A stretch of DNA of 64,000 nt from an uncultured delta proteobacterium. Its GTDB lineage: Bacteria > Desulfobacterota > Binatia > DP-6. The notes beneath the pieces are model-generated. The model did no database searches. It had not been told where the DNA came from and saw only the letters and a program-made list of their open reading frames with translations. A program made the position numbers and the translations under genes. Below are positions 9,628 to 22,938 of this stretch, piece by piece. The DNA lies in the NCBI GenBank assembly GCA_963815115.1, contig CAWFFN010000009.1, forward strand, positions 864,001-928,000, written 5' to 3'. The first letter of the stretch is position 1. The number at the start of each line of letters is the position of its first letter.

Positions 9628-10092
9628 TCAGCCGCCCATCATCTTCGCGGCGCGCTTCTTCATCTCGTCGGGTGAGACGTCCTCGATGTGAGTGGACACG
9701 CTCCAGCGATGACCGAAGGGGTCCTCGAACTGCCCCGAACGGTCGCCGTAGAACTGGTCCTGCACCGCTCGGAGCGACTTCGCGCCCGCCTTCATCGCGC
9801 GGTCGAAGGCCTGGTCGACGTCCTTCACGTAGACGCTGACCAGCACCGGAGAGCCGCCGATCGACTTCGGCCCGCGCACGCCCATGTCGGGATGCTCGTC
9901 CGCGAGCATGATGACCGAATCGCCTATCTGGATATCCGCGTGACCGATCCGGCCGTCCGGACCGGCGAGCCGCATGCGCTCCGTCGCGCCGAAGACGGTG
10001 CCGTAGAACGTGATCGCGGCGCTGGCGCCGTCGACGTAGAGGTAGGGGATGACCTGCGGGTATCCGTCTGGAATGGGCTTCGCCGTCGCCAT
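9628..10092 (-). CDS. VOC/glyoxalase family protein (PhnB-like)
   Basis: KPIPDGY, AITFYGTVFGATE, HADIQIGDSVIMLADE and DQFYGDRSGQFEDPFGHRW. GGAGG RBS. Confidence 0.92.
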   Translation of the reverse strand: MATAKPIPDGYPQVIPYLYVDGASAAITFYGTVFGATERMRLAGPDGRIGHADIQIGDSVIMLADEHPDMGVRGPKSIGGSPVLVSVYVKDVDQAFDRAMKAGAKSLRAVQDQFYGDRSGQFEDPFGHRWSVSTHIEDVSPDEMKKRAAKMMGG

Positions 10093-10225
10093 GGAACCTC
10101 CACTGCCTGGTCGTTTCGATTCGACGCCTCAGGAGTACGTCGGCCCTCGCCGGTCGACAAGGGGGAAAATGGGACGCGCGCCTTGCGCGAATTCGTGCAG
10201 TGCCCCGTGCTAGGCTTGCCCGACG

Positions 10226-11218
10226 ATGGCCTCGATCCATGATCTCGTCACGCCGGCTCTGATCGTGGATGCCGGCGCGCTGGAGCGCAACCTGGCGATG
10301 ATGGCGGCCGCGCTCCCCGGCCCGCGCCTGCGGCCGCATGTGAAGGCGCACAAGTGCACCGCGCTGGCGCATCGCCAGGCGGCGCACGGACATCGCGCGT
10401 TCTGCTGCGCGACCGTCCGGGAGATCGTCGGCATGGCGCAGGCCGGCCTGGGTGACGACCTCCTGCTCGCCAACGAGACCCTCGATGCGTCACGCCTGGC
10501 ACCGCTCGCCGCACGCGTCACCGTGGCCGTCGATTCCGAGGAGACCATCGACGCCGCGGCGGCGGCCGGCGGCGCCGTGCGCGAGGTGCTGATCGACGTC
10601 AACGTCGGCCTGCCCCGCTGCGGCTGCGATCCGTCGCACGCCGGCCGCCTGGCCGAGCGTGCCCGTCGTAGCGGCCTCGGCGTGCGCGGCGTGATGGGCT
10701 ACGAGGGACACGCGGTGGGTCTCCCGGAGCGCGAGGCACGCGAAGAACTCTGCGCTCAGGCGATGGAGCTGCTGCTCGCCGCGCATCGCGACGTCGGTGG
10801 CGACGTCGTCTCCGCCGGCGGGACCGGCACCTACGACGTCAACGTCTGGGCGAGCGAGATCCAGGCCGGCTCGTACGCGCTCATGGACACCGCCTACGCC
10901 AAGCTCGGCCTTCCCTTCGTCCAGGCGGCGCGAGTGTGGTCGACGGTGATCTCGCGGTCACCCGCGTACGCCGTGGCAGACTGCGGGCTCAAGGCGCTCG
11001 GCATGGACCACGGCAAGCCGAGCATCGAGCACGGCGAGGTCTGGTTCTGCTCCGACGAGCACACCACGTTCCGCCCCGAGACGGCCGTCCGGGTCGGCGA
11101 TCGCGTCGGGGTCGTGCCGGCACACATCGACCCGACGATCGCTTACCACGAGCGCATCCACGTCGTGTCGGGTGAACGAGTGGTCGAGACGTGGCCGGTC
11201 GACCTGCGGGGGTGGTAG
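10226..11218 (+). CDS. PLP-dependent fold-III enzyme (D-serine dehydratase/D-threonine aldolase-like)
   Basis: TPALIVD, LRPHVKAHK (PLP Lys), GVMGYEGH, GGTGT, EIQAGSY, SDEH and PAHIDPT. Confidence 0.85.
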   Translation: MASIHDLVTPALIVDAGALERNLAMMAAALPGPRLRPHVKAHKCTALAHRQAAHGHRAFCCATVREIVGMAQAGLGDDLLLANETLDASRLAPLAARVTVAVDSEETIDAAAAAGGAVREVLIDVNVGLPRCGCDPSHAGRLAERARRSGLGVRGVMGYEGHAVGLPEREAREELCAQAMELLLAAHRDVGGDVVSAGGTGTYDVNVWASEIQAGSYALMDTAYAKLGLPFVQAARVWSTVISRSPAYAVADCGLKALGMDHGKPSIEHGEVWFCSDEHTTFRPETAVRVGDRVGVVPAHIDPTIAYHERIHVVSGERVVETWPVDLRGW

Positions 11219-11229
11219 GCGAATCCCCG

Positions 11230-12114
11230 TCAGGTGCCGAACGACCACTCGACGACCAGGAGACCGGTCAGGGTGCCGTCCAGGCGACCGCGCACCGGCC
11301 ATTTCCAGCCGAGCCCGATGCTGATCGGGCTGAGCGGGTGGTCGTCGGGGAACGGCGCCACCCACGCCCCCGCCGCGAGCTCCACCACCGTGCGCTCGTC
11401 GGCCTGCTCGGCCGCGTCCACCACCGTGGTGCCGAGCAGCTCGAACACCGGGCGGATGCGACCATCGAGGTACTGCTGCACGAACGCCGTATTCCAGAGG
11501 AACGCCTTCTGGCGGACGCCGGCGTCGTCCGCGCGTGCCGCGGTGGCGCGGATGTCCTGAGCGTAGGCCAGCTGCATCTGCACCAGCAGGTCGGGCAGCT
11601 GCGGGAGGATGGTGAAGCGACGGGCGGGGAGCAGCGATGCCGACCAGGATCCGGTGCCGTCGATGTCCTGCCTCGAATTGCCGGTCGGCGGTCCGACGTC
11701 CGCCCGGACGGAAAAGTAGTCGAGCGGGCCGTCGGGCGAGCAGCAGAGCAGGAGCTGGGCTCCGAGGCCGATGTCGCCGAGGCCACCGACGGTCGGCGCG
11801 TGGTCGCGGATCCGGACGTCGCTCGGGATCTCGACGTCGAGCTCGAGCCGCTTCGCGAACACCCAGCTCACGCCCGGCGCGAGCTCGACGGTGTTGCTCC
11901 CGGGCGCTCGCACCCAGCTCGAGTCGAGCTCGACGTCCTTTTCCACGAACGATCGCTGTGTGAAAATCGGCTCGGTCGGGTCGGTCCGCGCGAGATGCCG
12001 GCTCCAGGCCGGGGCCGGATGGAGAGCGGTTGCGCCGGAGCCGACGAGGAGGATGACGGCGATGACTGAGAGACGGCGGGACCCCGGGAGCTCCTCGACG
12101 CCGGACGGCCTCAC
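11230..12114 (-). CDS. Putative outer-membrane beta-barrel protein divergent from the multicopper oxidase
   Basis: Signal-like VIAVILLVGSGATALHPAPAWS, GGLGDIGLGAQ, beta-strand pattern and a C-terminal VVEWSF. The start is uncertain; the nearest in-frame GTG is at 12114. Confidence 0.6.
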   Translation of the reverse strand: MRPSGVEELPGSRRLSVIAVILLVGSGATALHPAPAWSRHLARTDPTEPIFTQRSFVEKDVELDSSWVRAPGSNTVELAPGVSWVFAKRLELDVEIPSDVRIRDHAPTVGGLGDIGLGAQLLLCCSPDGPLDYFSVRADVGPPTGNSRQDIDGTGSWSASLLPARRFTILPQLPDLLVQMQLAYAQDIRATAARADDAGVRQKAFLWNTAFVQQYLDGRIRPVFELLGTTVVDAAEQADERTVVELAAGAWVAPFPDDHPLSPISIGLGWKWPVRGRLDGTLTGLLVVEWSFGT

Positions 12115-13621
12115 ACGTCGCGCCGTCCTGCGCAGCGCCGCGGCGGGAGGAGCGGCGCTCGCCGGCGCCCCGGTGGCGCGTGCGGCGACGCGTCCCGCGG
12201 CGCCCAGCGACGGGGCGTACGTCCCGCGCCCCAATGCCACACGGTACGTCATCGCGGTCGGCGCCGCAGCGATCAACCCCGACGGCGCCCAGCCGACGCC
12301 CGCAGTTCTCGCAAACGGCGGCTTGCCGGGACCGGAGATCCGCATGCGCGACGGCGACCTCTTTCGCGCTCTGGTCGAGAATCGCCTGGCGGACACTCCG
12401 ACTTCGATTCACTGGCACGGCCTGCTCGACCCGGCCGCGATGGACGGGGTCCCGGACGTCTCGAACGCGCCGATCCCTCCTGGCCAGATGTACGTCTACG
12501 AGTACCCGATCCGGCAGACCGGAACCTACTGGTACCACTCGCACGTCGGCTTCCAGGAGCAGCAGGGCTGCTACGGCGCGTTCATCATCGAGCCCGCGCA
12601 CGAGCCATTGCGCACGGACCGCGACGCGGTCGTTTTGCTCGGCGACTGGTTGCATCGCAGCCCCGAGCAGGTTTTCGCCGAGCTCCGCTCCGGCAAGCAG
12701 CCGATGGGCGGCATGAAGCCTGGCGGAGGCGATGCCGGAGCCATGCAGGCCGGCGGACCGCAGGACGGTGGGACGAAGCCAGGCGCAGCGGAGACCGGCA
12801 TGAAGATGGGCGCCGGCGGGGCCGACCTGGCCGACGTGAAATACGACGCCTTCCTGCTGAACGGCCGCGGTCCCGGTGACCCCTGGACCCTGAGCGTGCG
12901 CCCCGGAGACCGCCTGCGCCTGCGTCTCATCGACGGTGGCTCGTCGACCTACTTCCGCGTGCGCGTCGATGGCCACCGGCTACAGGTCACCCACGCAGAC
13001 GGGCTGGCCGTCGAGCCCGTGACGGTCGATCATCTGCTCATCGGCATGGGTGAGACCTACGACGCGGTGATCGAGATCGCCGGCCCGGGCAGCTACACGC
13101 TGCATGCCGTCGCGATGGACGGCTCGGGGCAGGCGCTCGGCGTCCTGCACACGCCGGGCGTCGCGGCGCCGCCGAACCGAGCGATGCCCACCTTCGACGG
13201 GCGCGCGCTGTCCTACGCCGACCTTCGCGCCCCGCTGCCGACGACGTTGCCGGAGGGGCCGTCGCGGACGTTCCGCCTGCCCTTGCAGGGCGACATGGCA
13301 CGCTACGTCTGGATGATCGACGGGCAGGCGTGGCCGAAGGCCGACCCGCTGCTGATCCGCCGCGGCGACCGCGTCGAGCTCGAGCTGGTGAACGAGACCG
13401 CCATGTGGCACCCGATGCACCTGCACGGCCACTTCTTCCGGGTTCTGCAGGGCGCCGGCGACCGCTGCCCGCTCAAGCACACCGCCAACGTGCCACCGCG
13501 AGAGACGCTCCGCATCGAGTTCACCGCCGACAATCCGGGTCGGTGGTTCTTCCACTGTCACAACGCCTACCACCTCGAGGCGGGCATGGCGCGCATGTTC
13601 CAGTACACGACGGAGGCGTAG
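12062..13621 (+). CDS. Tat-exported multicopper oxidase (CopA/PcoA-like)
   Basis: LTRRAVL twin-arginine signal; HWHG, WYHSH, HPMHLHGHFF and HCHNAYHLEAGM copper motifs; Met/Gly-rich linker. GAGGAGG RBS. Confidence 0.92.
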   Translation: MTERRRDPGSSSTPDGLTRRAVLRSAAAGGAALAGAPVARAATRPAAPSDGAYVPRPNATRYVIAVGAAAINPDGAQPTPAVLANGGLPGPEIRMRDGDLFRALVENRLADTPTSIHWHGLLDPAAMDGVPDVSNAPIPPGQMYVYEYPIRQTGTYWYHSHVGFQEQQGCYGAFIIEPAHEPLRTDRDAVVLLGDWLHRSPEQVFAELRSGKQPMGGMKPGGGDAGAMQAGGPQDGGTKPGAAETGMKMGAGGADLADVKYDAFLLNGRGPGDPWTLSVRPGDRLRLRLIDGGSSTYFRVRVDGHRLQVTHADGLAVEPVTVDHLLIGMGETYDAVIEIAGPGSYTLHAVAMDGSGQALGVLHTPGVAAPPNRAMPTFDGRALSYADLRAPLPTTLPEGPSRTFRLPLQGDMARYVWMIDGQAWPKADPLLIRRGDRVELELVNETAMWHPMHLHGHFFRVLQGAGDRCPLKHTANVPPRETLRIEFTADNPGRWFFHCHNAYHLEAGMARMFQYTTEA

Positions 13622-13626
13622 GCGCG

Positions 13627-14070
13627 CTACGGGGCGTCCCAATCGAACATGCGGCGGCGTCGGTTCTCGCGGAAGTTCGTGATCTCGAGTCGCACGCCGT
13701 CGAGGTCGGTGAAGAAGGTCGCGTAATAGTCGGGCGCGTACTCGGGATAGTGCCGTGGCGGCGTGGCGTCGATCCCCGCGGCGGTCAGCTCCTCGGCCGC
13801 GCGGTCCACGCCCCCCTCGTCGTTGACGCGGAAGCACAGGTGATGGAGCCCGGGCGCGTACGGATCATGGTCGGGCGTGCCGTCCCGAGCGGGACGCAGC
13901 GAGAACCCGAACTGCCGGTTGTAGAAGTGGACGTGCGGATCGCCGGCGATCACGGACGTCGCCTTGCGATAGCCGAGGACCGCCATGACGCGGTCGTAGA
14001 ACGCTTCCGCACGCGCGAGGTGGCGCACGGCGACATAGACGTGGTCGATGCCGATCACCTCGACGGGCAT
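13627..14070 (-). CDS. VOC/glyoxalase family protein
   Basis: GIDHVYVAV, PGLHHLCFRV and YYATFFTDLDGVRLEI. Confidence 0.88.
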   Translation of the reverse strand: MPVEVIGIDHVYVAVRHLARAEAFYDRVMAVLGYRKATSVIAGDPHVHFYNRQFGFSLRPARDGTPDHDPYAPGLHHLCFRVNDEGGVDRAAEELTAAGIDATPPRHYPEYAPDYYATFFTDLDGVRLEITNFRENRRRRMFDWDAP

Positions 14071-14220
14071 CGCGTGGTTCCCGCGCGTCGGTCGATCTTC
14101 ATGGGGCGGCGGTCCTGGTGACCGTAGCGCATCGCGGGACTCCCGGTCCACCCGTCGAGCTGCCCGAGCGGGAGCGTTGACGGCTTCGTCTCCCGCAGGC
14201 ACACACGGAACCCCCGGCCC

Positions 14221-15315
14221 ATGCGAACCATCATGCCGTCGCTGATGCTCCTGCTGATCGCGGTGACGCCGGCCTGCTCGGTGTCCAAGGGCAGGAGGCC
14301 GGCGAGACCCAGAGCGAGCACCCCGCCGGCGCAATCGGGAGCCGGCTATCCGGGTTTCGGCTTCAAGACGACCGGAGGAGCGGGACGGCCAGCCTTCACC
14401 GTGACGACGCTTGCCGATTCCGGCGCCGGATCGCTGCGGGATGCACTCTCGAAGGCGGGCCGCGAGGGGGGGACCATCCGCTTTGCCGTCGGTGGCGAGA
14501 TCGTGCTCCGTTCCGGCCTGGACGTTCCCAACAATACCACCATCGACGGGCCGTCCGCTCCGGCGCCTGGCATCACGCTCCGCGGCGAGCGCGCCGGCGC
14601 CGCCGGGACCGGCGTTCTCAACCTCTACGAGAGCAACGTCATCGTGCGCGGAATCCGTATCCGCAACGGCATGAACGACGGTGTGCACATCGCGCCGAAG
14701 CGGGGCCGCGCCGTGGCCAACATCGTACTCGACCACTGCTCGATCACGAGCAGCGACGACGGCGGCATCGACATCACCGGGCGCAACGGCTGGCCGGTGA
14801 CGGACGTCACGGTCATCGCGAACTACCTGGCCGGCAACGGCGGGCCCTGCGCGAAGGGCATGTGTGGCGGAGGGAGCCTGGCGAAGTACGGGACCACCCG
14901 GGTGAGCTACTACTATAACTTCTGGGACAAGAACCTCCGGCGCACTCCGGCGATCAGCGGGAACGATGCCGTCGCGGACGTGCGCTACAACGTCGTGCGC
15001 TCGCCGGTGCAGGGGGGGATCCAGATCAGAGAAGGGGCGAGCGCCAACCTGATCGGCAACGTCCTGCTGGGTCCGAAGGCGACGATCGCCGCCAAGCTGT
15101 GGGGCGGCAACGCCCACATCGAGGGCTCGCGCAGCGACCTGAGCGACGGCGGCAACATCGCCCCGCCCCTGCCGGTCCCGCACCCGCCCCAGGCCAGGGC
15201 GCAGGCCGCCGTCATGAGCGAGGCCGGGGCGATGCCCCGGGACGCGCTCGACGCCTACTACGTCGACGTTGCAACGACGCTCGAGCAGGTGAAGGCGAGG
15301 TCGGTCGCGCCCTGA
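14221..15315 (+). CDS. Pectate-lyase (PL1)-like beta-helix lipoprotein
   Basis: Lipobox-like VTPAC; GFGFKTTGG..VTTLADSGAGSLRDAL, TTIDG, NVIVRGIRIR, LDHCS..DDGGID and RTP. Confidence 0.8.
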   Translation: MRTIMPSLMLLLIAVTPACSVSKGRRPARPRASTPPAQSGAGYPGFGFKTTGGAGRPAFTVTTLADSGAGSLRDALSKAGREGGTIRFAVGGEIVLRSGLDVPNNTTIDGPSAPAPGITLRGERAGAAGTGVLNLYESNVIVRGIRIRNGMNDGVHIAPKRGRAVANIVLDHCSITSSDDGGIDITGRNGWPVTDVTVIANYLAGNGGPCAKGMCGGGSLAKYGTTRVSYYYNFWDKNLRRTPAISGNDAVADVRYNVVRSPVQGGIQIREGASANLIGNVLLGPKATIAAKLWGGNAHIEGSRSDLSDGGNIAPPLPVPHPPQARAQAAVMSEAGAMPRDALDAYYVDVATTLEQVKARSVAP

Positions 15316-15400
15316 ACGGTCGACGCCGGCTTGCGGTGCGTGGAAGGGTGGCCGTCAGTCCAGAACCGTCGGCGCCACGCAGTCGACCTCGTGCGGACAG

Positions 15401-15436
15401 TTGCCCGAAGCCTCGCCATGATGTACCCACATACAC
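15401..15436 (+). promoter_or_regulatory. Putative TA-operon promoter/operator
   Basis: TTGCCC-N17-TACCCA 7 nt before ATG 15437. The ATGT-ACCC-ACAT inverted repeat covers the -10. Confidence 0.4.
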
Positions 15437-15712
15437 ATGCATCGGACGCAGCTCCTGATCCCGGCCGATCTGCACCGCCGCGCGGCGGCGACCGCTCGCG
15501 CGCGTCGGCTGTCGCTGGGCAGCCTGGTGCGTGACGCCCTGACCGACTACCTCGCGCGCGCGGGTGACGCGCGCCCGACGGACGACGCCATCGAGGACAT
15601 CCTGCTCAGCCCGCCGTACGACGAGCCTGGGGGTGATCCCATGCTCTCGGTCGACGTGGACCATCACCTGTACGGCGCTCCCCGGCGATCCGGCAGCCGA
15701 GCGCGGCGGTGA
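15437..15712 (+). CDS. Ribbon-helix-helix (CopG/VapB-like) antitoxin
   Basis: MHRTQLLIP...SLGSLVRDALTDYL RHH pattern and the LSVDVDHHLYG tail typical of VapB partners. Overlaps the PIN gene (GTGA). Confidence 0.8.
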   Translation: MHRTQLLIPADLHRRAAATARARRLSLGSLVRDALTDYLARAGDARPTDDAIEDILLSPPYDEPGGDPMLSVDVDHHLYGAPRRSGSRARR

Positions 15713-16125
15713 GCGAGCTGCAGGCCGTCTTCGTCGACACCGGAGCATGGGTGGCGTTGCGCTACGCGCGCGACCAGTTTCACGTTCGGGCTCGCACGCT
15801 GCTCCGTCGTTTGCGCAAGGAGGAGCTTGGCCTGGTCACCTCCGAGTGGGTGCTGGCGGAGACCGTAACGCTGCTCAAGGCTCGCGGCGCCGTCGACGAC
15901 GCGCTCGCCATCGGGACCGCCATCCAGGACGGCCGCCTCGGGATTCTCGTCGAATCGACGCCTGATCGCCGTCGCCGCGCGTGGCAACTGTTCGAACGAC
16001 ATCGGAAGCTGCGCGCCAGCTGGGTCGACTGCGCGAGCTTCGCCGTCATGGAAGAGCTTGGCCTCCGCCGCTTCTTCGGATTCGACGGCGATTTCGTGCG
16101 CGCCGGGTTCGACGCCTTCCGGTAG
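15709..16125 (+). CDS. vapC: PIN-domain toxin (VapC-like)
   Basis: VFVDTGAW, VLAETVTLL, SWVDCASFAVME and FGFDGDF..AGF. Confidence 0.88.
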   Translation: MSELQAVFVDTGAWVALRYARDQFHVRARTLLRRLRKEELGLVTSEWVLAETVTLLKARGAVDDALAIGTAIQDGRLGILVESTPDRRRRAWQLFERHRKLRASWVDCASFAVMEELGLRRFFGFDGDFVRAGFDAFR

Positions 16126-16148
16126 CGCGGCCGGGAGTGACGCTGGGC

Positions 16149-17591
16149 CTAGAGTTCCGGGCTCGCCGGCAGCGACGTCTCGCCCATCAGGTAGGCGTCG
16201 ACGCCCCGCGCCGCCTCGCGTCCTTCCCAGATCGCCCACACCACCAGCGACTGCCCGCGGCGCGCGTCACCGCAGGCGAACACGCCCGGCACCGTCGTCT
16301 GGTAGTCGGGTCCGGCCTGCACGTTGCCGCGCTCGGTCAGCGCGCAGCCGAGCTGCGCCACGACGGTGTCGCCCGCCGGACCCAGGAAGCCGAGCGCGAG
16401 CAGCACGAGGTCGCAATCGAGCTCGAACTCGCTGCCCGCGATCGCCTTCATGACGGGGCGGCCGTTGTCCTGTACCCAGTCGAGCCGCACGCCGTGCAGC
16501 TTCTTGACGTTGCCGTCGGCGTCGCCGCTGAAGCGGGTCGTGTTGATGCTCCAGTCGCGGACCACGCCCTCCTCGTGCGACGACGACGTGCGCAGGATCA
16601 TCGGCCAGTTGGGCCACGAGAGCTGGGGGCGGTCCACGGGCGGCTGGGGCAGCAGCTCGAACTGGTGGACCGACGCGGCGCCGTGACGGTTCGACGTGCC
16701 GAGGCAGTCCGAGCCGGTGTCGCCGCCGCCGAGGATGACGACGCGCTTGCCGGTGGCGAGGATCTGCCCCGGGACCGAGTCGCCCGCGCCGACCTTGTTC
16801 TGCTGGGGCAGGAACTCCATGGCGAAGTGAATTCCCCTCAGCTCCCGGCCGGGCACCGGCAGGTCGCGCGGACGGGTCGCGCCCATCGAGAGAACGACGG
16901 CGTCGAAGTCGCGCCGCAGCTCGTCGCCCGAAAGATCGACGCCCACGTGCACTCCGGTGCGGAAGCCGACTCCCTCGGCCGCCATCTGCTCCATGCGGCG
17001 ATCGATCAGCCACTTCTCCATCTTGAAGTCGGGGATCCCGTAGCGCAGCAGGCCGCCGATCCGATCGTCGCGCTCGAAGAGCGTGACGGCGTGCCCCGCG
17101 CGCGCGAGCTGCTGCGCGCACGCCATCCCGGCGGGCCCCGAGCCGACGACGGCCACCCGCTTGCCGGTGCGGCGCTCGGGGATCTGGGGCTGCACCCAGC
17201 CCTCGGCAAAGGCGTGGTCGATGATGTGCTTCTCGATGTTCTTGATGGTGACCGGATCGTCGTTGATGTTGAGGACGCACGCCTCCTCGCACGGCGCCGG
17301 ACAGATGCGGCCGGTGAACTCCGGGAAGTTGTTGGTCGAGTGCAGGCGCTCGATCGCCTCGTGCCAGCGGCCGCGGTACACGAGGTCGTTCCAGTCCGGG
17401 ATGATGTTCCCGAGCGGACAGCCCTTGTGGCAGAAGGGGATGCCGCAATCCATGCAGCGCGCGCCCTGTGCGCGCAGCGTCTCCTCGGGGGTCTTCTCCT
17501 CGAACTCCCGCCAGTGCTTCAGGCGCGCCGCGACCGGTTCCTTGTGCACCTTCTCGCGCTCGAACTCGAGGAAGCCGGTGATCTTTCCCAT
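16149..17591 (-). CDS. gltD: Glutamate synthase small subunit
   Basis: [43 protein letters not shown] and [15 protein letters not shown]. Confidence 0.97.
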   Translation of the reverse strand: MGKITGFLEFEREKVHKEPVAARLKHWREFEEKTPEETLRAQGARCMDCGIPFCHKGCPLGNIIPDWNDLVYRGRWHEAIERLHSTNNFPEFTGRICPAPCEEACVLNINDDPVTIKNIEKHIIDHAFAEGWVQPQIPERRTGKRVAVVGSGPAGMACAQQLARAGHAVTLFERDDRIGGLLRYGIPDFKMEKWLIDRRMEQMAAEGVGFRTGVHVGVDLSGDELRRDFDAVVLSMGATRPRDLPVPGRELRGIHFAMEFLPQQNKVGAGDSVPGQILATGKRVVILGGGDTGSDCLGTSNRHGAASVHQFELLPQPPVDRPQLSWPNWPMILRTSSSHEEGVVRDWSINTTRFSGDADGNVKKLHGVRLDWVQDNGRPVMKAIAGSEFELDCDLVLLALGFLGPAGDTVVAQLGCALTERGNVQAGPDYQTTVPGVFACGDARRGQSLVVWAIWEGREAARGVDAYLMGETSLPASPEL

Positions 17592-17603
17592 CGTGCGAAC
17601 CCG

Positions 17604-22148
<4,545 letters not shown>

Positions 22149-22160
22149 GGTACCTCCGCC

Positions 22161-22715
22161 TCAGGCCCGCCTGAGATACCCGTTGCGGTCCGCGGAACGC
22201 CGCGAACGCTTCCCGGGTGGCGCGGGTGGATGCTCGGCGGGACGGAGCGCCAGCTGCACGCTCTCGGCGTGCGTCGAGAGGACGACGGTGGTCTCCGTGC
22301 GGGTGACGCCGTCGAGCGAGCGTACCGCCGTGATCAGCTCCTCGAGCGAGGAGGTGTTCGCCGTCTTCACCTTGAGCAGGAGCGTGTACTCGCCGGTCAC
22401 GTGATGGCACTCGAGCACGCCGTGCAACGCGACGAGCTGGCGCTCGAGCGTGCCGATCAAGTTGGGGTGGCTCGTGATCACGCCGATGAAGGCCATGACG
22501 TCGAAGCCCAGCCGGCGGGCGTCGAGGGTGGCGTGGTAGCCGGTGATCACGCCCGCAGCCTCGAGCTTCTTGATGCGCTCGAGAACCGATGGGGCGCTCA
22601 GCCCGACATGCTCGCCGATGCGAGCGAGCGCGGCGCGGCAATCCTCCTGCAGCATCGTGAGGATGCCGCGGTCGGTGTCGTCCAGCTCCGCGTCTTGATG
22701 GTCGCCGAATGTCAT
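22161..22715 (-). CDS. Lrp/AsnC family transcriptional regulator
   Basis: LDDTDRGIL..LQED, VGLSAPSVLERIKKLEAAGVITGY and ECHHVTGEY. Confidence 0.92.
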   Translation of the reverse strand: MTFGDHQDAELDDTDRGILTMLQEDCRAALARIGEHVGLSAPSVLERIKKLEAAGVITGYHATLDARRLGFDVMAFIGVITSHPNLIGTLERQLVALHGVLECHHVTGEYTLLLKVKTANTSSLEELITAVRSLDGVTRTETTVVLSTHAESVQLALRPAEHPPAPPGKRSRRSADRNGYLRRA

Positions 22716-22775
22716 AAGGCCCCCAGACCCATTTGGTTGCCTTTTATTCGGACAAATGGCCCCATGTCAATGGGT
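22705..22775 (-). promoter_or_regulatory. AT-rich promoter/operator region of lrp-gltBD
   Basis: Minus-strand TTGACA at 22770-22765 sits inside the palindrome CCCAT-GTCA-ATGGG. CCATTTG...CAAATGG inverted repeat; related CCGAATAAAAGG and CCGAATGTCATAAGG half-sites. Confidence 0.5.
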
Positions 22776-22887
22776 TCATTAGGGACGCAGGGCGTCTAAC
22801 GTGCGCCAAACCATGGCACCTGCGTCCCGCCGGCAGTCGTCACGAGCCGGCTGGGGGGCACGACGGCGGGGTGAAAACCGGCTCAGG

Positions 22888-22921
22888 CGACCCCCGGCGC
22901 GTCGCCGCGCGCCGGGGGTCG
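22888..22921 (-). terminator. 14-bp perfect hairpin downstream of the lipase-like gene
   Basis: CGACCCCCGGCGCG-N6-CGCGCCGGGGGTCG, 17 nt after the stop at 22939; no U-tract. Confidence 0.5.
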
Positions 22922-22938
22922 GCCGAGCTCGGGAAGGC

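Noticed and set aside
12700-12830. Short GGMKPG/GGTKPG repeats in the oxidase
   Set aside because: This is the ordinary Met/Gly-rich linker of CopA-type oxidases.
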